Part shown: one piece after another, positions 20,643 through 30,991 of the stretch
How positions within the stretch are numbered: the stretch's first letter is position 1
How the letters are laid out: the number at the start of each line of letters is the position of its first letter
Assembly (NCBI GenBank): GCA_963776245.1
Contig: CAVZLN010000004.1
Coordinates: 275,449-339,448, forward strand
Length of the DNA stretch: 64,000 nucleotides
From: Candidatus Eiseniibacteriota bacterium
GTDB lineage: Bacteria > Eisenbacteria > RBG-16-71-46
Reading direction: 5' to 3'
Notes under the pieces: model-generated
Seen by the model: the letters and a program-made list of their open reading frames with translations, nothing else
What the model was told of the DNA's origin: nothing
Database searches by the model: none
Position numbers and translations under genes: made by a program

Positions 20643-21929
20643 ATGAACGACGCCCCGAGCCGTACCCGCGATCCCTGGACCTGGATCCCCACGCTCTACC
20701 TCGCCCAGGGCCTGCCGAACGTGGTGGTGATGACCGTGTCGGTCATCATGTACAAGGGCTTCGGCATCTCGAACACCGACATCGCCCTCTACACCAGCTG
20801 GCTCTACCTGCCGTGGGTGGTGAAGCCCCTGTGGTCGCCGGTGGTGGACCTGCTGGGCACGCGGCGGGGCTGGATCTGGGGCATGCAGTTCGCGATCGGC
20901 GGGGGACTGGCGGGTGTGGCGCTGACCGTGCCCGCACCGCACTTCTTCCAGTGGACGCTGGCCTTCTTCTGGCTGCTGGCGTTCAACTCCGCCACCCATG
21001 ACATCGCGGCCGACGGCTTCTACATGCTGGCCACCACCGAGAAGCAGCAGGCGCTCTTCGTCGGCGTGCGCAGCCTGTTCTTCCGCGTCGCCACCGCCGC
21101 GGGGCAGGGACTGCTGGTGATGCTGGCGGGCACCATCCAGACCCGCACCGGCAGTCTCCAGCTGGCGTGGTCGGTGGTCATGGGCGTGCTGGCCGTGGTG
21201 TTCGTGGGCTTCGGCCTCTGGCACCGCTTCGTGCTGCCCCATCCGGCCGTGGACCGGCCCGGCGAGGCGCGCCAGGTGCCCCAGTTCATCCAGGCGTTCC
21301 TCGCCACCTTCGGCTCGTTCTTCCGCAAGCCGCGGATCGTCGTGCTGCTGCTGTTCCTGCTGCTCTACCGCTTCGGCGAGGCCCAGCTGGTGAAGATGGT
21401 CGCGCCGTTCCTGCTTGACGGACGCGCCGCGGGCGGACTGGGGCTGACCACCACCCAGGTCGGCCTGGTCTACGGGATCGTCGGCATCATCGCCCTGAGT
21501 TGCGGGGGCGTGCTGGGCGGTGTGGTGATCGCGCGCCATGGACTCCGGGCGTGGCTGTGGCCGATGCTGCTGGCGATCCACGTGCCGGACGCGATCTTCA
21601 TCTACCTCGCGTACACGCAGCCGACGAATCTCATGATCGTCCACCTGTGCGTCGCGTGCGAGATGTTCGGATACGGCTTCGGATTCACCGCCTACCTGAT
21701 GTACATGATCCACATCTCGCGGGGCGAGCACGCGACCGCGCACTACGCCATCTGCACCGGCTTCATGGCCCTCGGCATGATGCTGCCGGGCATGTGGAGC
21801 GGTTGGCTCGAGGACCAGATCGGCTACCAGCACTTCTTCACGTGGGTGATCCTGGCGACGGTGCCGAGCTTCCTCGTGTCGATGTGGATCCCGATCGAGG
21901 CGGGCTTCGGGAAGCGCACGGCGGCGTGA
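20643..21929 (+). CDS. MFS transporter, AmpG-like
   Basis: LYLAQGLP, LPWVVKPLWSP, SATHDIAADG; many TM helices. Confidence 0.88.
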   Translation: MNDAPSRTRDPWTWIPTLYLAQGLPNVVVMTVSVIMYKGFGISNTDIALYTSWLYLPWVVKPLWSPVVDLLGTRRGWIWGMQFAIGGGLAGVALTVPAPHFFQWTLAFFWLLAFNSATHDIAADGFYMLATTEKQQALFVGVRSLFFRVATAAGQGLLVMLAGTIQTRTGSLQLAWSVVMGVLAVVFVGFGLWHRFVLPHPAVDRPGEARQVPQFIQAFLATFGSFFRKPRIVVLLLFLLLYRFGEAQLVKMVAPFLLDGRAAGGLGLTTTQVGLVYGIVGIIALSCGGVLGGVVIARHGLRAWLWPMLLAIHVPDAIFIYLAYTQPTNLMIVHLCVACEMFGYGFGFTAYLMYMIHISRGEHATAHYAICTGFMALGMMLPGMWSGWLEDQIGYQHFFTWVILATVPSFLVSMWIPIEAGFGKRTAA

Positions 21930-21944
21930 GCCGGGAGGGGAGGA

Positions 21945-24629
21945 CTACTTCCCGTTCGCGTCCGCCGCGAATTCGGTGAACCAGTTCTGCACCAGCGTGA
22001 TGCTGGGGGCGGAGCCCTTGCGGTCGCTGCCGCGCAGCGTGATGAACCGGCTCCCGTCACCGGTCACCTCGAACTTCGGCACCCAGCCGAAGGCGCCGGT
22101 GCCGAGCGGGAAGCGCGTGAAGAGCTTCCGCGGCGTGCCGAGCGACGGGGCCGCGCCGTGCGCCACGTCCACGACCATCACGTCGTCCCCCTGCGCGAAG
22201 TACAGCTGGTCTCCCTTCGCGCTCCAGTGCGGCCACTGGCCGCCGGCGATCGAGACCTGCCACTTGCCTTCGCACGAGGGGTAGCGCGTCACGAAGATCT
22301 CCCACTCGCCCGACTCGTGCGACATGTACGCGAGGAGGTCCCCCGCGGGCGCCACACGCCCCTCCTGCACCCAGGGGTTGCCACGGATCAGTTCCCGCGG
22401 GGTGTGCGGCCCATCCACCGGGACTTCCACGAGGTCCCACCGGGCGCCGGCTTCCGCGAGGGTGATGAAGATCACCTTCCGGCCGTCGGGCGTGAAACGG
22501 GGACCGGCCCCCGTCCCGAGGGTGTCGGCCGCCCCGGTCCCGTCGGCGGCGCGCGAGACGACGTAGAAGCCCTCGGGTCCGGAGAAGCCCTTGAGCTGCG
22601 CCTGGTACACGATGCGGTCGCCGCGCGGCGACCAGTGCGGGGCGTCCTCGGCCGCCGGATCGAACGTGAGCCGGGTGCGTGCGCCCCGCTCGGCGTCGTA
22701 GATGAACAGGTCGCGATTGTCGTTCACGGTGACCGCGCGCACCACGCGGCCGCCGTCGGGGGAGAGCGCGAGGTCCGGCGACGCCAGCTCCTCGGGCTGC
22801 CCGATGGTGCCCGACTCCTTGCCTCCGGCGTCCACCCACGCCATCTGCGTGATCGCGTTGGGGGTCCCGGCGAGGTAGCAGAGCGTGCCGTCGCCCGCGA
22901 CCGAGGGCTGGGTCGCGCCGGGCGCCACCAGGAAGGGCTCACCCACCGCCTCGAGCCGCGCGAGTGAGAACGCCAGCGCCCACAGGCCGGGCGTCGTAGG
23001 CCCGCGGCGGAAGAGGATGTGGCCCGAATTCGCGTACACCGGGTTGGCGATGGACTGGCCGGGAAGCTCGAGCAGGAGCTTCCGCTTCCCGCCGGCCCAG
23101 AGCCACAGCGTATTGATGCCGCCGTGCCGCCGGTGCGCGGGGAAGATCAGCCCGCGGCCGTCCGGAAGCGCCGAGGGCTCGTGCAGATCGCTCTCGCTCG
23201 TGTCCGGCCTCAGCACCGCGCGCGGATCGCCCCCGTTCGACGGCACTTCGAGCAGTCCCGCCGAATCACCGCGCGAGAACACGATCATCCCGTCCTGCTT
23301 CCAGCACGCGCCCCAGCCCCCCGAGGACACCGTGCCGCGGGTGTCGCACACCGCCTGGGGCTCGGTGCCCGCCACCGCCACCTTGAGGATGCGGTTGCTG
23401 GCGATGAATCCGACGAACTTGCCATCCGGCGACCAGAAGAGCCGCGACGCTCCGGATTCCACCGTGAACGCCTTGGGCTCCAGCTCGTCGAGGGCCTGGA
23501 TCATGAGATGCCCGGGGATCAGGTACGCCACCAGGCGTCCATCGGGAGAGATCACCGGCGAGGCCGGCCCGATGCCCGCGCCGTCGGGGGTCGTCAGATG
23601 GAACTTGCGGAGCGGGAGCTCGGCGGGGCGGCGTTCGAGGCGGGTCACCCCGAACGTGACGAACACCCCGAGCGCGAGGCACGCGAGCGCGAGCACCGCC
23701 ACCGGGAGGCGCCGTGCCGGAGTCGCGCCCGCCGCTGCCGCGAGGGGCTCGTCCCCGCGTCCCGCGATCACCGCCTCGAGCAGGATGCGCGCCTCGCCGA
23801 TGTCGCGCAGCCGCTGCCTCGGATCGCGATCGAGGCAGCGGCGGAGGAGCGCGCGGATGCGCGGCGGCGTCTCCTTCGGCAGCGCGCCCCAGTCGGGCTC
23901 GGACTTGAGCACCCCGGCCAGCGTATCGGAGATGGTGTCGCCCTCGAACACGCGGCGGCCGGTCAGCATCTCCATCAGCACGACACCGAAGCCCCAGATG
24001 TCGGCGCGCCGGTCGGCCACCTGGCCGCGCGCCTGCTCGGGCGCCATGTAGGCCGCGGTGCCGAGCAGCACGTTGGTCCCGGTCATGGGTCCGGTGATGG
24101 TGGGGGACTGCGACATCGCCGATGGCGAGCGGAGTCGCCCGCTGTCGTCCTCGAGCGCCTTGGCGAGCCCGAAGTCCAGCACCTTCGCCTGCCCCGCCGC
24201 CGTGAGCTTCACATTCGCGGGCTTGAGATCGCGGTGGATGACGCCCTTCTCGTGCGCGTGTTCCAGCGCCTGCGCGATCTGGAGCGCGGTCGACAGCGCC
24301 TCGGCCACGGGCATGGCGCCGCGCGCGAGGCGCTGCGCGAGGTCCTCGCCCTCCACCAGCTCCATCGCCAGGAAGCGCACCCCGCCCGCTTCCTGGAACC
24401 CGTACACCGAGGCGATATGGGGATGATTGAGCACGGCCAGCAGCCGCGCCTCCCGCTCGAAGCGCGCGAGGCGCTCGGGGTCGCCCGCGAAGAAGTCCGG
24501 CAGGACCTTGATGGCGACCTCGCGCCCGAGCGTGGAGTCGGCCGCGCGCCAGACCACTCCCATCCCGCCCTCGCCGATGGGCGCCACGAGGCGGTAGTGG
24601 GACAGGCGGTCGCCGGGGGAGAGGGACAT
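21945..24629 (-). CDS. Ser/Thr kinase with C-terminal TolB/PD40 beta-propeller
   Basis: [27 protein letters not shown] repeats. Confidence 0.93.
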   Translation of the reverse strand: MSLSPGDRLSHYRLVAPIGEGGMGVVWRAADSTLGREVAIKVLPDFFAGDPERLARFEREARLLAVLNHPHIASVYGFQEAGGVRFLAMELVEGEDLAQRLARGAMPVAEALSTALQIAQALEHAHEKGVIHRDLKPANVKLTAAGQAKVLDFGLAKALEDDSGRLRSPSAMSQSPTITGPMTGTNVLLGTAAYMAPEQARGQVADRRADIWGFGVVLMEMLTGRRVFEGDTISDTLAGVLKSEPDWGALPKETPPRIRALLRRCLDRDPRQRLRDIGEARILLEAVIAGRGDEPLAAAAGATPARRLPVAVLALACLALGVFVTFGVTRLERRPAELPLRKFHLTTPDGAGIGPASPVISPDGRLVAYLIPGHLMIQALDELEPKAFTVESGASRLFWSPDGKFVGFIASNRILKVAVAGTEPQAVCDTRGTVSSGGWGACWKQDGMIVFSRGDSAGLLEVPSNGGDPRAVLRPDTSESDLHEPSALPDGRGLIFPAHRRHGGINTLWLWAGGKRKLLLELPGQSIANPVYANSGHILFRRGPTTPGLWALAFSLARLEAVGEPFLVAPGATQPSVAGDGTLCYLAGTPNAITQMAWVDAGGKESGTIGQPEELASPDLALSPDGGRVVRAVTVNDNRDLFIYDAERGARTRLTFDPAAEDAPHWSPRGDRIVYQAQLKGFSGPEGFYVVSRAADGTGAADTLGTGAGPRFTPDGRKVIFITLAEAGARWDLVEVPVDGPHTPRELIRGNPWVQEGRVAPAGDLLAYMSHESGEWEIFVTRYPSCEGKWQVSIAGGQWPHWSAKGDQLYFAQGDDVMVVDVAHGAAPSLGTPRKLFTRFPLGTGAFGWVPKFEVTGDGSRFITLRGSDRKGSAPSITLVQNWFTEFAADANGK

Positions 24630-24981
24630 GGAGGGCGGTAGTCTAGAGGGCCGCCGGCCCGCCGACAACGGCCTTTCGTGCGCGGCGATGCGGCCCCCGT
24701 CCCCGGCTCAGGGGGACGCGACAAGGGCTGGCCTCTCGGCGTGAAGGTCCGACCCGCTGGATTGCCCGGGGCCTCTCCGCACGGTATGTTTTCGCGGCTA
24801 TTCGGATGGATCGAGCCCTGCGGTCTTCCGCGCGCCGGGGGCGCACCAGGGAGGTGGCGGGGGGCTGCGGCCGGCGACGCTCGCACGATGGGTCGCGCTC
24901 AATCGGGCGACATCGGACCGCTCCCCGCTCGGATTCTCGCGTCGAGCATCCGCTCACCATGGATCAAGCAAGGGGGAGGAC

Positions 24982-25881
24982 ATGATGCGATGCCGCACAA
25001 GGTGGTTCGCCCTGGCGCTGCTGGCCGCCGCGATCTACGCGCCGCCCGCCGGCGCCCAGCTCTCCGACAATCTCGGAGCGCTGACCGGCGACAATGCCAG
25101 GGGCTATCTGAGCCCGCTTCCCAAGGCGCTCTCGGCCACGCTCAATTCGGCCGTGTTCCAGACCGGCAAAGTGCCCAAGAACACCTTCAACCTGACGGTG
25201 GGCCTCCGGGTGATGGGCGTCGGCCTCAGTGACGACCACCGGACCTACACGCCGACCGCGCCTCCGGGTTTCACGCCCACCGAGACCGTGCAGGCCCCGA
25301 CCGTGATCGGGAGCACGCAGGCGGTGGCCCAGTCGGGCCAGGGGGGCACCACGCTGTACCACCCGGGCGGATTCGACATCAGCGAGTTCGCCGTCGCGGT
25401 CCCCCAGCTCACGATCGGTTCGCTTTTCGGTACGCGCGCCGTCGTGCGCTGGATCACGGCCGATCTGGGCGATGCCGACCTCGGCCGGTTCGAGTACCTC
25501 GGCTATGGGGCGCAGCACTCGATCTCGCAGTATTTCACCGGCCTTCCCGTGGACGTCGCAGCGGGGTTCTTCGTGCAGAACTTCAAGCTTGGCGACCACC
25601 TGCTCGATTCCGACGCATGGCTGGTGAACGTGACGGCCAGCAAACGGTTCGGGGCCCTCGAGCCCTACGCCGGGCTGGGCTGGGACAGCTTCAAGATGAA
25701 GGCGGACTACACGAGCACCACGAATCCGGGCAATGACATCCGTGTGGACTTCGGCAAGGAGACCAACGCTCACCTGACGCTCGGGGTCCAGGCGCTGCTG
25801 GCCTTCGCCCGCCTGTCGGCTGAGTTCGACATCGCGGCGGAAACCGGGGCGGCCGTCGGCCTCACCCTGGGCCGCTACTAA
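24982..25881 (+). CDS. outer-membrane beta-barrel protein (DUF6588-like)
   Basis: Signal peptide, APTVIG, PQLTIGS, GYGAQHSISQY, amphipathic strands. Confidence 0.7.
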   Translation: MMRCRTRWFALALLAAAIYAPPAGAQLSDNLGALTGDNARGYLSPLPKALSATLNSAVFQTGKVPKNTFNLTVGLRVMGVGLSDDHRTYTPTAPPGFTPTETVQAPTVIGSTQAVAQSGQGGTTLYHPGGFDISEFAVAVPQLTIGSLFGTRAVVRWITADLGDADLGRFEYLGYGAQHSISQYFTGLPVDVAAGFFVQNFKLGDHLLDSDAWLVNVTASKRFGALEPYAGLGWDSFKMKADYTSTTNPGNDIRVDFGKETNAHLTLGVQALLAFARLSAEFDIAAETGAAVGLTLGRY

Positions 25882-25895
25882 GGGAGGGGACGCAC

Positions 25896-26558
25896 ATGCG
25901 CAAGCACTCGTATCTGAAGACCGTGGCGCTCGCCCTCCCGCTGGCGGGGGCGATCGGGGGCTGCATCCTGGTTCCCGAGATCGAGAAGCGAGTCGTCGAA
26001 CTGGCGGTCGGTCACTCGGTCGTGGTGCCGTTCGTGGCTTCGGGATCGATCAATTACCACAACGACGCGAAGACGGTCGATGTCAGCGGCAACGTGGATC
26101 TTCCGAGCATCCTCAGCGACAACGGCCTGAGCGCGGACAAGGTCTCCGTCGTGAAGCTGGCCGGAGTCTCGTACCGGGTCACCAAGGCCCAGGCGCTTCG
26201 CACGGTCACCGGCGGGACGGTGGAGATCCTGCGGGGCAGCAACCCGTCACCGACTCTGCCGACGGGGGCGCCCCCCACCGCCGGCTACACCCCTCTGGTC
26301 ACGGCGTTCAATGCGAGCGCGGCGGCCACGACCGGCTGGATCACCGTACCTCTCGATCCCGCCGGGGTCACGGCGGTCAACGGTCTGTTGTCCGCTCTCC
26401 TCACCGAAGCCAAGGGCGGCGGCGTGGTCGCCGACAAGTACCTCACCTACCACGTGTACGGCGTGTCCGCCCCGACCGGCATCGCCACCGATTTCACGTG
26501 GGAGTTCAAGCTCGACCTGACGATCGTGGGAACGTTCGAGACCGACATCGTCAACTGA
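25896..26558 (+). CDS. putative lipoprotein
   Basis: IGGC lipobox-like; RBS AGGGAGGGG; follows the barrel gene. Confidence 0.7.
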   Translation: MRKHSYLKTVALALPLAGAIGGCILVPEIEKRVVELAVGHSVVVPFVASGSINYHNDAKTVDVSGNVDLPSILSDNGLSADKVSVVKLAGVSYRVTKAQALRTVTGGTVEILRGSNPSPTLPTGAPPTAGYTPLVTAFNASAAATTGWITVPLDPAGVTAVNGLLSALLTEAKGGGVVADKYLTYHVYGVSAPTGIATDFTWEFKLDLTIVGTFETDIVN

Positions 26559-26648
26559 GGAGCCCCGGGGGACGGCGAACCGCGGGCGGTGGCCTTCGAG
26601 CCACCGCCCGCCTCGCTGTGTACACGCACGGCGCGACTGCCGACCGTT

Positions 26649-27806
26649 TCACCTGCCGCCCTTGTCCCGCCCCCTGTCCTTGCCGGAGTCGACCGGTCGG
26701 GCGCCCCTGGCGGGTCTTTCGACCTGCTTCTGCGTGCGCTGCACCAACACCTGGCGCTGCTGCGCCGCGTGAGCCTCGAACGCTTGCTGTTCGGCCGCAT
26801 GCGCACGGCGGACCTCGTCGGCCGCCTGCCCCGCGGCCCGGGTACGCAATTCATTCGCCTGATCGCGGGCGAGGCGGGCGCGCTCGGCGCCCAGGTCGCT
26901 CTCGAGCCTGCGCTGTCGATCCGCACGCTGACGCTGGAGGGCCGGGTCAGAGGCGGTGTTCCTGCGTTCCACGACCGGCGGTGCAGGAGCCGGCCCGGCG
27001 GGCATCGGGCGCACCGTGGGGCGATAGTAGCCGACGGCGCCGTTGCCGACCGAGCGGCCGTTCCCGCGCGTCGGGGTACTGACGTCAGCGATCCTCACGC
27101 GTGGCACGCGCCGTCCGATGGCGACCTCGACCTGCGCGATGTCGGGTCCGATATTGGCCGGTCTCCCATCGCGCGCCTCGAATCGGGTCGCATCCCGGGA
27201 GCGTCCGATCAGCGTGACATTGCGCGCGACCGAGACCAGTTGCAGTCGAAGACTCACGTCGAAGACGCGCGACCGCGGCACGAAGTTCCACTCGCTGGAC
27301 GGGATCGAGTTCGCGTCGACGAACACGAGCCCGCCCGAGACATTCCAGCCCGCCGTCGGCGGCAGGGGCGCCCAGCCCATGTAGTCATCACCATACCGCC
27401 ACGCGACCCACGCCGGCGCCCATTCCGAACCGGGCACCCACGTCCAACCATAGGAGTCGTCGAAGAACCAGCGTCCGTAGTGATACGAAGCCCAGCCCCA
27501 CGGTTCATCCGAGGCCCAGCTCCAACCGTAGTCGGTGTACTCCCAATGGCCGTAGGAGTAGGGCCGCCAGTCCTCCGCCATGTCGTAGGGGGTCCAGCAC
27601 CAACCGTAGGTCGGGTCGTCGTACCACTCGCCGTAGGGCGCGAGGCTCTCGTAGAAGTACGAGACGCTGATCGGGCTCCCGGGCGATCCCATGGAAGCGC
27701 GGACATAGGTCTGCCCGTAGCTGGTCGCGCACGCGACCACGGTCACGAACAGGGCGAGGCACAGGGAGAGCGCGAGGCACAGCGACCTCGCAAATAGTCG
27801 TTTCAT
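26649..27806 (-). CDS. DUF6600-like Trp/Tyr-rich exported protein with coiled-coil tail
   Basis: LAPYGEW, WRPYSYGHW, DEPWGWASYHYGRW, WAPAWVAW, GWAPLPP. Confidence 0.8.
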   Translation of the reverse strand: MKRLFARSLCLALSLCLALFVTVVACATSYGQTYVRASMGSPGSPISVSYFYESLAPYGEWYDDPTYGWCWTPYDMAEDWRPYSYGHWEYTDYGWSWASDEPWGWASYHYGRWFFDDSYGWTWVPGSEWAPAWVAWRYGDDYMGWAPLPPTAGWNVSGGLVFVDANSIPSSEWNFVPRSRVFDVSLRLQLVSVARNVTLIGRSRDATRFEARDGRPANIGPDIAQVEVAIGRRVPRVRIADVSTPTRGNGRSVGNGAVGYYRPTVRPMPAGPAPAPPVVERRNTASDPALQRQRADRQRRLESDLGAERARLARDQANELRTRAAGQAADEVRRAHAAEQQAFEAHAAQQRQVLVQRTQKQVERPARGARPVDSGKDRGRDKGGR

Positions 27807-28292
27807 GGGTGATCTCCTCTCACGGGCTCCGGGCCGGCGGGCAGCACGACGGTCGCGCGCGTCGCCGAGGACACGTGCGGACTGCAGAAACCGTGCCGCG
27901 GTGGCGCGCTTGCCGGTGCGGCACGCGCGCGCTGGACGGGCGCCGAAGGGCACCGCGGAGGGACGAAACTTCAACCGCGGGCCCCGTTCTTACAACGACG
28001 CGCGGGGACGTTCGCGCGTGTCACCGGCATCGGCCCCGGAGGCTCGAACGTCCGAGCCCGGATTGAATCCGCTTCCTCGTGGTCGGCCGAGAATTACATT
28101 CCCAGGTCGTTCCGGCTCCCGTGACTCCGACCCGCGACGCCGCGGCCGCACGCTGCAACCTGCTACCGGGGTACGCGTTCCGCCGCGCCCGATGCTCCGC
28201 TCGTGCGCCTTGGACCGGCTGGCGAGGAGGTTGCATGTCGGCACACGAGGGGAATCGCGGCTTTGTGGTCTTCCCGATCGGAGGTGGAGCGG

Positions 28293-28976
28293 ATGATGAG
28301 GAATGCGACAGCCATGGTCCTCGCGATCATGCTGGTGACGGCGGCGATCGTTGCGGCGAAGCCGTCCGGCGATGCCGCGAAGCAGGGGAGGAAGCTCGCC
28401 GAAGCCACCGCCGTCTATCACGAACTGGTCGCGACCCGGGATCGTGCCGTGCCTCGCGAACTGCTCGAGAACTGCAAGTGCGTCGCCGTGCTTCCGGGCG
28501 TGATCAAGGCGGCCGTGGGTTACGGGGCCCGCCACGGCAGTGGCGTGATGATCTGCCGCACGGCCAGCGGCTGGTCGGCTCCGGCGTTCGTGAATGTCAC
28601 CGGCGGGAGTTTCGGATTCCAGTTGGGAGCAGAATCCACCGATCTGGTGCTGTTCTTCATGAACGACCGCGGCGCCCGTTCGCTCATGAACGGCAGCCGC
28701 ATCACGCTGGGTGGCAAGGCCAGCGTCGCCGCCGGTCCCTTCGGACGCAGCGGAGAAGCGGCCACCAACCTCGAGCTCAAGTCCGAGATCTACTCCTACG
28801 CCCGTTCCAAGGGACTGTTCGCCGGACTCTCGATCGAAGGCGCGCGCCTCGGACCCGATTCGGAAGACATCGTCGCGTACTACGGTCCCCGGGTCACCTA
28901 CAAGCAACTGCTGTTCGGCGGGGGGCCGCCGACCATGCCCGCGGAGGCGCAGGCATTCCGCCAGTCGCTCCCCTAG
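28293..28976 (+). CDS. lipid-binding SYLF (Ysc84/DUF500) domain protein
   Basis: GWSAPAF, GGSFGFQLG, DLVL, VAAGP, YARSKGLFAG. Confidence 0.92.
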   Translation: MMRNATAMVLAIMLVTAAIVAAKPSGDAAKQGRKLAEATAVYHELVATRDRAVPRELLENCKCVAVLPGVIKAAVGYGARHGSGVMICRTASGWSAPAFVNVTGGSFGFQLGAESTDLVLFFMNDRGARSLMNGSRITLGGKASVAAGPFGRSGEAATNLELKSEIYSYARSKGLFAGLSIEGARLGPDSEDIVAYYGPRVTYKQLLFGGGPPTMPAEAQAFRQSLP

Positions 28977-29118
28977 CGCCATGAGCGCCTCGGTGGACGG
29001 ATGGCGCACCGTCGCTGGAGGCCCACACCGTGCCCATACCGTGACTCCCACCGGCCGTGCGAGCGCGAGGATCCACGATCGCGTTCGCCGACACGCCGTC
29101 CACGAAAGGGGAACCTGC

Positions 29119-30135
29119 ATGATCACTCGTCCAAGGAAGCTCATGTTGTTCGTCCTGCTGGCCTCGAGCCTGACCTTCGCGATCGTCACATCGGTCAGGG
29201 CGCAGGAGGGTCGCCCCACGGGATCGACCGGCCTGTCCGCGACCCTGCAGGTCCGATTCGGGACCACGCCGCACTGGTCGAGCGTCGATGGCACGCGCGT
29301 CGAGCGGCTGCCCGACGCGGAACGCCCGGGCTACGACATGTTCCGCTACGACGGGAACTACTACGCCTACAACAACGACCGCTGGTACATGTCACCCCGT
29401 GAGAGCGGTGAGTTCCAGGGGATCGAGGAGCGCTTCGTTCCGAGCGAGCTGTCCCGGGTCCCGCGCGAGCATTGGCGCAACTATCCATCGGGCTGGCGGG
29501 ACCGCCAGTACCGGGAATCGCCCGGTCCATCCACGAGCCTGCAGGTCACCTTCAGCGGCCGGCCGCGCTGGATGGGTATCCGCGGCACCCGCGTCCAGCG
29601 GATCAGCGATCGGCAGCGCCCCGATTTCGACATCTTCAGCTACCGTGGCAGCTACTACGTCTACCGCGACGGCCAGTGGTACATGTCCCGCCGCCCGAGC
29701 GGGGAATTCCGGATGATCGACAATCGCTTCGTGCCGCGCGAATTGTCCCGGGTCCCGCGCGAGCACTGGCGCAACTATCCGTCCGGCTGGCAGGACCGCC
29801 AGTCTCCGGGGTCGTATGGTCCGTCCGCGACCCTGCAGGTGGATATCGGGGCCAGGCCACGGTGGATGGTGATCCGCGGTACGCGTGTCGAGCGACTGCC
29901 CGACGTGGAGCGCCCGGGCTACGACCTGTTCCGCTACGGTGGCAGCTACTACGCCTATAACGACGGCCGCTGGTACACGTCCCGCCGCGGCGGTGGCGAG
30001 TTCAGGATGATCGAGGACCGTTCCGTCCCGGTCGAATTGTCCCAGATCCCCCGCGAGCACTGGCGCAACTATCCTCAGGGCTGGCAGGACGGGAATCGCA
30101 GTCCCGGCTATGGGAGCGACGGTCAGCGGCGTTAG
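29119..30135 (+). CDS. exported protein made of three 98-aa tandem repeats
   Basis: Signal peptide; repeats begin at 29233, 29527 and 29821 (294-bp period) and end in PREHWRNYP(S/Q)GW. Confidence 0.85.
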   Translation: MITRPRKLMLFVLLASSLTFAIVTSVRAQEGRPTGSTGLSATLQVRFGTTPHWSSVDGTRVERLPDAERPGYDMFRYDGNYYAYNNDRWYMSPRESGEFQGIEERFVPSELSRVPREHWRNYPSGWRDRQYRESPGPSTSLQVTFSGRPRWMGIRGTRVQRISDRQRPDFDIFSYRGSYYVYRDGQWYMSRRPSGEFRMIDNRFVPRELSRVPREHWRNYPSGWQDRQSPGSYGPSATLQVDIGARPRWMVIRGTRVERLPDVERPGYDLFRYGGSYYAYNDGRWYTSRRGGGEFRMIEDRSVPVELSQIPREHWRNYPQGWQDGNRSPGYGSDGQRR

Positions 30136-30189
30136 TCGAGTGCGCGATGCCCCGGGGAAGGGTGCGCGCCGCCACGAAAGGGGAACACC

Positions 30190-30726
30190 ATGAAGCTCCA
30201 TGTCCTCGTGCCGCACGCGGCCCTCATCGGGTGCGCGTTCGCCGCGGTGACCCTTGCCGGCACCCTGTTCACGAGCGCTCCCGCGCGAGCGGACATCCAG
30301 GTGCGCATCGACATCGGGGGCGCCCCTCCGCCACCCATGATCGTCTTCCGCGCCCGGCCCCATGAGCGGTTCGATCCCGGAGCGCGCATCTACATCATCG
30401 ACGATCCCGGCGTGGGGGACTACGACTGCTTCCGTTACGGTGGCTACTACTGGGTGTTCAACGACGGGTACTGGTATCGAGCGAGAGACTGGCGCGGGCG
30501 GTTCGCGGTCGTCCACCCACGCTACGTCCCCACGGCGTTCTATCGCGTGCCGCCCGCGCGGTGGAAGCACCATCCCAATGGGCCTCCTGACTTCACGCGG
30601 AAGAGCGACAGCAGGCCTCCGGGGCTGACCAAGCAGCGTGAAGGCCGAAAGGGCGACGACGGTGCGCCAGGGCAGAGGCGGGGCGGCAAGGAGAACGAGA
30701 AGCAGGGCGGCCAAGGCAAGCGGTAG
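30190..30726 (+). CDS. exported protein with a single copy of the same domain and a basic tail
   Basis: YDCFRYGGYYWVFNDGYWY...VP...RVP..RWK aligns with YDLFRYGGSYYAYNDGRWY...VP...RVPREHW. Confidence 0.8.
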   Translation: MKLHVLVPHAALIGCAFAAVTLAGTLFTSAPARADIQVRIDIGGAPPPPMIVFRARPHERFDPGARIYIIDDPGVGDYDCFRYGGYYWVFNDGYWYRARDWRGRFAVVHPRYVPTAFYRVPPARWKHHPNGPPDFTRKSDSRPPGLTKQREGRKGDDGAPGQRRGGKENEKQGGQGKR

Positions 30727-30991
30727 GGCGCAGCGAGCGCGGAGAGCGAGGCCGCGACGCGGCGCGTCATCCGGATCCACTCATTCCACGAGCATCATCC
30801 AGGGGCTCCCGCGGTGGCCATCGCGGGGGCCTCGCTTGGTTGGCGCGGTGAGCCGGGCCCGATCCGGCCGTCCGTCCGAATCCGGTTGCGATGATTGCTT
30901 CGTCGCCGCCTATACTGCGCGCTCATCGCATCGCTTCCGTTCCCGCTCACACCCCTGAAGAAGGGGCGACCGCACCTCGGAGGGTCGTCGC

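Noticed and set aside
15632..20692. Overlapping giant ORFs of 1686 and 1572 aa
   Set aside because: High-GC shadow extensions of the divergent fadD and kinase genes; real starts are 17338 (-) and 17597 (+).
24630..24980. Riboswitch or ncRNA in long intergenic regions (also 27810-28290, 32770-32940)
   Set aside because: Only generic GC hairpins; I recognised no family consensus. An Rfam/Infernal scan would be needed.
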